A DNA stretch of 64,000 bases from Eledone cirrhosa (taxonomy: Eukaryota). Under the pieces are notes generated by a model. The model made no database searches. It saw only the letters and a list, made by a program, of their open reading frames with translations, and had not been told where the DNA came from. The position numbers were made by a program, and so were the translations under genes. Numbering within the stretch: position 1 is the stretch's first letter; every line of letters begins with the position of its first letter. The stretch lies in the NCBI GenBank assembly GCA_964016885.1, contig OZ024740.1:120838001-120902000 (forward strand), given 5' to 3'. Shown piece by piece: positions 55,863 through 64,000 of the stretch.

Positions 55863-57155
55863 CTATATATATATATATTTTTTTATATATATATATACAC
55901 ACACTCTGCCACATACTTACATACATGTACATGCCTGCACACACACGCGCTCATAAGCTCATGCATATACGTACACATGCCCATATACACCCCCCACACA
56001 CACCCACGTATATATATATATATACATCTTCATACAGACGCCTATGCACTATCTACATACATAAACATACGCACAGGTCCACACATAAAAACACCCAAAT
56101 ATAAACACAATAGGATAATAAAATAAGATAAAATAAATAAATTTACAATATTTTAGGATACATTAAAATCTGTTTGTCACTTCAAAAATAGGTACATAAA
56201 AAAAGGGGTAAATAAAAAAACGGGGCGGGGAGGTACAGGAGAAGGTGCGTGTATCCATGTGATATACTACACATAGGTAGTATGAGGTGCAAACTTGTGT
56301 CCGTATATAGAACAAGTAACAGTAAGAGAACAATAATAGAATAATAATGTCAGTAATAATCATTGTTCCAAAGTGGAACATGTGGAGAGTATATAGTCAC
56401 GATTGACGGGGTACACATTCAAGGGGACGCCGGGCCCGGTCGCCATGGGGCATGGCACCGTGGCTGGGGTGTGCTGTTCTATATGTTTGGGGTCTCGGAC
56501 CGGGCGGCCGTGGGCCCCGTGTTAGCCGGTCTCGGCCCAGGCGATGTATCTTCCAATGTTGTGTGCTCGGTCATGTGCGCCCTTGGTTTATATATGTAAG
56601 GCTATGTATCTAGAAGTGGGTGTGCCTGGGTCCGTGGAAGTGAGGGAGAGCGTGTGTGTGTATATATACATATATGTATATGTGTGGGGGTGTGTGTGTC
56701 TACGCATGTATGCGTACGTGTGTGTATGCATGCATGTGTCTGTGTCTGCCTGTGTGTGTATATGTATGTGTGTATTCGTATGTATGGGTTCTTGCTCTGG
56801 AATGTGAACAGACGTGTGAGATACTGAACCCAGGATGACTCCATTGAAGTGTGTCGCACGGAAAATGTCTAATGCCCCGTGTAGCAGTAAATACTGACCA
56901 GAACTTAAGATGACGTGGAGTAACAACAGCCAATGGCATGACAAGAGTGGAAGAGGTTTTTTGAGGGTGTTTTTTTATGATAACACCCCAGTGATAAAGT
57001 TTGCTCCGAACGAACTACCCGTGTCTGACGAAACCTACAGCCGTAGAATCAGCCAGATCCATACAGGGACCATGTCTCGAGCTACATGCCGGCAAAACAA
57101 TTGTAACACGCAATAAATTGAGTCCAGATGCATCTCTGATTTTTCGTTTTCTTTA

Positions 57156-57160
<5 letters not shown>
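54301..57160. repeat. Long inverted repeat (about 550 bp arms, 54301-54849 / 56603-57160, about 1.75 kb spacer) of an HHR-bearing element
   Basis: Arms are reverse complements; the ORF track shows the same peptide on opposite strands (54518 plus, 56588-56944 minus). Confidence 0.92.
54352..54442 (-). ncRNA. Hammerhead with intact core and about 60-nt helix II region; mirror copy on the plus strand at 57020-57110 has GAAA changed to AAAA
   Basis: cgtgt CTGAAGA ... ggc GAAA C-AATT-G-TA acacg. Confidence 0.7.
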
Positions 57161-57185
<25 letters not shown>

Positions 57186-57192
<7 letters not shown>

Positions 57193-57605
57193 GATAGGGG
57201 GGAAGAACAAATGGCTTCACTTGTGCTTTCAACAAATTTATTTTCTTCACAAAATCCAAAAAGAATTTTTCTTAAAAAATATTATTTTATAAATTAAGTT
57301 GTTGGTTGTTGGTTAGGTCTTAGGAGTTCTTGGTTAACGTAGGAGGTATTGTTTCGTTTTTAGAAAGACCTTTCACGCTGAGGTGCGCTTGTCAAGCGCA
57401 CCTCAGCGTGAAAGGTCTTTCTAAAAACGAAACAATACCTCCTACGTTAACCAAGAACTCCTAAGACCTAACCAACAACCAACAACCAACAACTTAATTT
57501 ATAAAATAATTTTTTTTAAGAAAAATTCTTTTTGGATTTTGTGAAGAAAATAAATTTGTTGAAAGCACAAGTGAAGCCATTTTTTCTTCCCCCCTATCTT
57601 AATAT
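57186..57605. repeat. Palindrome (about 205 bp arms, 1-nt centre at 57392) between (TA)n tracts
   Basis: ...cctttcacgctgaggtgcgcttg t caagcgcacctcagcgtgaaagg... Confidence 0.95.
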
Positions 57606-57635
57606 ACCTAACTGTACCAAGGATTACACACATTT

Positions 57636-57675
<40 letters not shown>

Positions 57676-57677
<2 letters not shown>

Positions 57678-58620
57678 GGAACAGAATGAAACAAAATTTC
57701 ATTTCTCACTCTTAGTACGGCAGCTACTTAAATGTAAGTATGTATGTATGTATACGTACATACATATATGTATACAGACGTACAGTAGTATGTATATATA
57801 TACATACATGCACACGTATATATATATATGCATGTTTCGGTTTACCCAACATTTATTATAATGCTCGGTTTGTTTGTAAACAAACAAACAGCCCGAATTA
57901 TGACGTACAGTATTTAGGCAACCACGTCACCTTTTTGTTCAACACTGACACAGGAACGATGTACTAGTTTGAAGCATATTAACTATTGTCAGCATCGTAT
58001 ACCTTCCTGCCAGATGGTTGAACGTCTGGAAGTATATACTTTCCTTATGCATATTAACGGCTGAGCAGCCTAATTTGCATATCGAGTAAGTTTAGTCGGC
58101 CGGGCGCACCTAAAACGATAAATGGAATAGAATGAAACGAAATTTCATTTCCCACTCTTAGTACGGCAGTTACTTAAATGTAAGTATGTATGTATACGTA
58201 CATACATATATGTATACAGACGTACAGTAGTATGTATATATATACATACATGCACACATATATATATATGCACGTATCGGTTTACCGAACATTTATTATA
58301 ATGCTCGGTTTGTTTGTAAACAAACAAACAGCTCGAATTACGCCGTACAGTGATTAGGCAATCACGTCAGCTTTTTGTTCAACACTAATAAGCTTGAAAC
58401 TAGTACATCGTTCCTTTGTCAGTGTTGAACAAAAGAGTGACGTGGTTGCCTAATCACTGTACGGCGTAATTCGGGCTGTTTGTTTGTTTACAAACAAACC
58501 AAGCATTATAATAAATGTTCGGTAAACCGATACGTGCATATATATATGTGTGCATGTATGTGTATATATACATACTACAGTACGTCTGTATACATATAGG
58601 TATGTACGTATACATACATA

Positions 58621-58624
<4 letters not shown>
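57676..58624. repeat. Direct + direct + inverted triplication of a unit of about 270-300 bp (57676-57975, 58122-58388, inverted 58392-58624)
   Basis: Repeated cactcttagtacggcag.tacttaaatgtaag...ctcggtttgtttgtaaacaaacaaacagc.cgaatta. Confidence 0.9.
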
Positions 58625-58680
<56 letters not shown>

Positions 58681-58687
<7 letters not shown>

Positions 58688-59970
58688 ATACTTTGGGAGG
58701 GTCATGTTGCCAATAAGAAACACACGCACGAGTTGCTTTCACTTCAATTTATTATAATAAATTTATAAATTTAGGAATTTATAAATTTCTGATCGGTTGG
58801 TTCCACAACCAGATGATTGTTTATATATTGTCAAAGTTCTTTCGTCACACATTCTGTGACCTCTTCAGTGACTGGGGATTCTTTTTTTTGTTTTGGTGCC
58901 TCTCCCTTGTTCTGTCCTACGCCATCTTGTTTTTGTGTGTGTGTTGTGTGCTTAGTTTGCGCATGTGTTACATCCGGGTGTCTGTGTGTGTTTATATTCG
59001 TTTATTTATTTGTTTATTTACATGTTACTGGTTGGTTGTTTGTTCTATGTGCGTGTGTGTTTTCATTTTGTCCTTAATTGTAAGTTGTGATGTAGCTGTT
59101 CCACTCATGTTTTCTATTTAATTTTGGTTGGAGTTCATTTACGTTTATTGCCTCTGTGATTTGTCTAAGCATTGCGTCTTTTCTGTGTTACAGATTATAC
59201 ATGAAATGTATAATCTGTAAATTAAGCCCCCATATTAACTGTAAAACTAGAAATGTAGTATATATCATAATATGTACTGAATGACACTGTAGAGATAAAC
59301 ATATAGTGTACATAGGTGAGACAGCTCGTAGTATAGGGGAACGGATAAATGAACACTGGCGAGACCTTCAAGATAGTAAAGAATCATCTGTACTATACCA
59401 ACATGCTAAAATAGAACATAAGGTTAAATTAGAGAACATAGAAATATAAATAGAATCTACACACAGAAAAGACGCAATGTTTAGACAAATTACAGAGGCA
59501 ATAAACATAAATGAACTCCAACCAAAATTAAATAGAAAACATGAATGGAATAGCAACATCACAACTTACAATTAAGGACAACATGAAAACACACACACAC
59601 ATAGAACAAACAACCAACCAGTAACATGTAAATAAACAAATAAATAAACAAATAAAAACACACACATATACCCGGATGTAACATAAGCGCAAACTAAGCA
59701 CACAACACACACAAAAACAAGATGGCGTAGGACTGAACAAAGGAGAGGCACAACACAAAGAAAATAATCACCAGTAACTGAAGAGGTCACATAATGTGTG
59801 ACGAAAGAACTCTGACAATATATGAACAACCGTCCGGTTATGGAACCAACCAACCAACCGGAAATTTATAAATTCTTAAATTTATAAATTTAATTTATAA
59901 TAAATTGGAGTGAAAGCACTGGTGCGTGTGTTTCTTATTGGCAACATGACCCTCCCAAAGCATAACAATA
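58681..59970 (+). mobile_element. PLE EN fragment + 3' UTR (59201-59970) preceded by an inverted partial copy (58681-59188); HHRs at minus strand 58830-58872 and plus strand 59774-59816
   Basis: CIICKLSPHINCKTRNVVYIIICTE*HC...VYIGETARSIGERINEH...LYQHAKIEH...RQITEAINI...PKLNRKHEWNS. Arms of about 510 bp. Confidence 0.9.
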
Positions 59971-60804
59971 TATATATAGGTATGTGTGATCACCTAACTT
60001 CCTCCTGAGGCATATCACGTCGTGATACTACATTGACAAAATTCATTTCGATGGAAATTTTAATCGAGGCGGAGCCCATCTCCTCTCCATATCTGAATAC
60101 AGCAGAGATTTCTTCTAGAGAACGATAGATAATGAAAGAATGGAAGCGAGGAAGATATATAGTTGAAGAATCGATGCCACTACTAGGCTGGCTCTTTTGT
60201 GTATCGACCTTGAATGAATGCAAGGTAAAGTCGACCGTGGCAGGAATTGAACTCAGACAGCAGATAGTCGATACGAATTCCAGAAATCATTCTGTACGAG
60301 ACTCCAATGATTGACAACTCGCCGGTATATACATATGTCTATATATATATATAAGAATTAAAAGGAACAAAGTGTTGTGTGGTTACTAATTAAGAGTGTT
60401 TAGAAATGTAAAGGAAACACAAGCATAAGACAATTCCCCTCTCCAGTTGTCTACTGTGGGTCTCTGATGTTTCGAGGCATTAAAGACAATACAACTATCC
60501 ACAGTGCGTTAATAACTTGAGGTAGATATAAGGGAAGGAAAAGACAAAAAAAAGAAGATGATAGCGAAGAGAAAGAGGTCGAGTGAGTTTTAGGAAAACA
60601 TGGTACAGCCTATCATATCATACTCGATTGCGTGTGACGGTTTTACCAGTTATGTATAAATTGACAGATATTTAAAAAATTATTACACTTAGTTGTACGG
60701 AGAAACCACAAGAAAACCATCTGACAGCGTACAGCGGCAGCAGTAGTAGCAGCAGCGGCTGTGACAGCGGCTACCACAATCGATGTAACCGTAGTGGCAT
60801 CAGC

Positions 60805-60900
60805 ATCAGTAGTAGTAGTAGTAGTAGTAGTAGTAATAGTAGTAGTAGTAGTAATAGTAGTAGTAGTAGTAATAGTAGTAGTAGTAGAAGTAGTAGTAGT
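60805..60900. repeat. (GTA)n microsatellite
   Basis: Read directly from the sequence. Confidence 0.95.
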
Positions 60901-63900
60901 TAAACTTGTAGATGATGCAGTAGGGACAGTGACATCAGGAACAGCTAATCGATTTTGAACCTGGTTAGAAAACTCTTTGGTTATTTTAATGGTTTTTTTT
61001 TTTTTAATCGTGTTATTTTATCCTCTGAAATGCAAAGCTATATATTGAGCATATGTTTGTATGTTATGCACGTTTGTTTGTTTATGTGTATGTGCTTCTA
61101 TGTGTATGTGATTATGTGCGCTTGTGTGTGTGCATAGTTATATATGTGTAAAGGCGCGTGACCTACCGAGTTAGGCTTATTATCGTAACATCGTAAGTCC
61201 GATTCACAGTGGCGTGTTATATCCTTGTGTAAGACATTTTATTTCACGTTTTCCACCTCCCCCAGTCCACAAGGCCGAAATAAATGAGTTGTACTTCTGA
61301 TTCAAAGGTTCAGCCTTGTCACACGTTGTACCCCGCTAAATCTCCCCGGAAACTCTGTTGATGCTCTGACTCTTGCAAGTTAACTCCCTAACATGCCGTC
61401 AGTTCCAATGTCCGAACAACTGGAGCCCACTTTTTTGGAAGTGACAGAGTAATAACAAACACACTTGTGTGTGTGTGTGAGTGTATATGTGTTTATTATG
61501 TATATTCATATATGTGTATAGGTATATATGATTATGTGTAGTTATACATCCGTGGCTATATATGCGTGCATGTGTGTGTTTTATGTGTCTGTGTGTAGTA
61601 TGTATGTGCATGTTATCTATGTGTGTATGTGTATTTATGTAAGTGTGCATAAACATATCCATGTGTCGATCACAAATGGTATATCTTCTGAGTCTCTGCT
61701 TTCCTCCTTGCGTGTGTGTTTGTGAATGTGTTCATGTGTGTCGCTTGCCATTTTCACTGTGTCTGTGTGTGTGTTTTACTTTCTTGCATTTTTACTTTCC
61801 TTCCTCTCACTTCTCTGCTTTCTCATCATGTTTTCATTCCTCTATTTTATATGGTTGTCTTTTTATTTTTATTCTTCTCTTCTTTCACCGGTTTTATTTA
61901 ATAGACTGCTGGCGTATTAGGGCACGGCCTTCAAGGAAAAGCTAATCTCGTAAACATATATATAGTTTTGTTGGACCAGTTAGAAATAACAATTGAATCT
62001 ACTTTAGAATGAAGATATATAGACTTGTGTTAGAGGCAGATTAGGTCTTAACACCGGACCCGGCATTCGGTTGACACTGTCTAATAGACAACTAACTGCT
62101 GAGGGTTTTCGGTAGATTTTGTCGATTTGCATTACTTTGTATAGTACTGAATTTATCAATCTAGGAGAGAGGAAAAGCCAAGTTGACTTGTATCACATTT
62201 GAACTCTAAAATCTCCCATAAGACATAATCAAATACCACAATCCATTTTATCCAACACTCTTTTGTTGATGTTGGACTCCTGTTAGTTTCGAGTATGAGT
62301 ATTCCTGATTTTCAAACAACCGAATGGGATGCTTTTGAAATTAATGCCAGGAAAAGTTAGTGTGAGAGCGTGTATAACTGGACTGGCCTTTGAATTTCAA
62401 GTACAGGCTATTCAATGAGTTTTCAAACAACTCCATTATTCCCACCTTCAATTACAAGGCTTACATTGACACGGGGTTATAGTAAATGATACTTCCTCAA
62501 TATACCATTCTACAAACTCAAGTAAATGTGACGTAATTCTCAGGTAGATTAAATAAGAAATATAGGTACAATCAATTCGATGGGCTTTCAAATAGTCTCC
62601 CTTAGTCCAATTTCACTCAAAATGCTTGGGTTGGCTCAAATTAATGAAAATTGCCCAAGTTGCCACGCTATGGTTGCAAAGCAAATTTCTTAAATGCTCG
62701 GTCATGCTACGTCCATACAATTTATATATTGCCAGTTGGAAATATTGCCCTTTCACAAATAGAATAACCTAAACAGCAAAGCAAGGAATTACGTAAATAT
62801 TGATCAATTGGAATACATTTCAGACTTAAGGCAATAACGAATATTTGGCTAATGCATGACAATACTGAAACCTCTGAAAGCCTCACTATGCATTAGAATA
62901 CACTTCACTACACACAAAAATAGATTTACGCTGTTAGCACCCAATATTACATCAAACTATAGGATTGTAAGAAGCAGTTTCCAACAGTATCGGTACTGGC
63001 AAATAGAAGGAAAGCAATAATGTAACAAACTATAACAACAACAATAGCATTAACAATGGATGGGTTTAAGAATAAGAAAATAATGTTATCAGAATCATAT
63101 ATTTATAAAATAATGAAAGTTAAGGTGGATGTAAAGTCAGTATTAATTTTAGCCATAATTATTTTCTAGATTCGTCACCCTGTTTAACACCGCTACCTAA
63201 CGTATGAATGGAGAAGCATACTAAGTGAAACAGCAGTAGGAGAGGTAGTTGGCCCCGGGCGCAACTATGAAGACACGCAAATTTTGCTTTGTATTATACA
63301 TGGTCCTGTAACTTCTATTGGGAGCGGGTAGAGACACCATATTAAGATGAGGTGCATATAGGGCATATCTGAACCTGGCGGAGACCATCTCCGCTCCAGT
63401 TCCGAACACTGCAGATTTCTACGAGAGAAATTTAGAGATTGATGCAGTAGAACGTAGGAAAACACATAGAGGAAGAATCTACCACAGTACTATACTGATA
63501 CTTTTTCGACCTCAAATGGATGAAAGGCAAAGTTGACCCCGGCAAGATATGAACGAAGAGAGCGGAGAGCCGGAACGAATAACACAATTCATTCTATCTT
63601 ACGTTCTAGCGACTCTGCTAATTCACCACCTTTTTCTGTATTATGAAATCTGTTAATTATTATTTAGCAGTTTTGAAAAAGTTATGTAGAGTCCATGGCC
63701 TTCATAAACTATTAACGGTTGCGTAACACTTTGTTTTCAAGTAATTTTGGAAATATTGATGCATTTGGAGGTATTTAGTAATATAACTTCCTCATTAATT
63801 ATCTGGTGTTTCAAAGATAATATATCATTAGAATAGAGCATTTTCAGATAAATATAACTACTGTAACATAAACAGCGTTGTATCACAGGAACAATGTTTC

Positions 63901-64000
63901 AAATATATATCACTAGACCACCCGTGACCTTCAAAATATTTTTTTTAAATCATGTTCAATTAAAAACAATTTTTTAATAATTAAAACATACACAGACATG

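Overview
AT-rich, microsatellite-dense metazoan DNA with no host exon I can support, so probably intergenic or a very large intron. The repeat types and SINE sequences resemble an octopus/cephalopod genome (inference). The window is dominated by decayed Penelope-like retroelements (PLEs) from at least three lineages. (1) Naiad-type: DKT motif, YRDDG reverse transcriptase (RT), CxCx5Cx5C knuckle and GIY-YIG endonuclease (EN), at about 1-2.8, 3.3-5.7, 16.3-17.2, 18.2-20.4, 32-34, 36.1-37.9 and 40.7-43.9 kb. (2) A YLDD-type RT remnant at 27.5 kb. (3) A different GIY-YIG family at 26.2, 40, 43.9 and 58.7-60 kb. Also present are CRE-like REL-endonuclease LINE remnants, RTE and L1/Tx1 fragments, a Tc1/mariner relic and many tRNA-derived SINE pieces. 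Three things are invisible to the ORF track. First, about 20 type-I hammerhead ribozyme (HHR) motifs lie in the PLE 3' ends/pLTRs, several with intact cores, covarying stems or unusually long helix II inserts. Second, an ACTC...GAGTGCT hairpin motif recurs at similar spacing downstream of the HHR in otherwise dissimilar families. Third, about a dozen fold-back inverted repeats are built largely from these ends and often break at the ribozyme core or at (TA)n tracts. All structures and translations were read by eye, so element boundaries are approximate.
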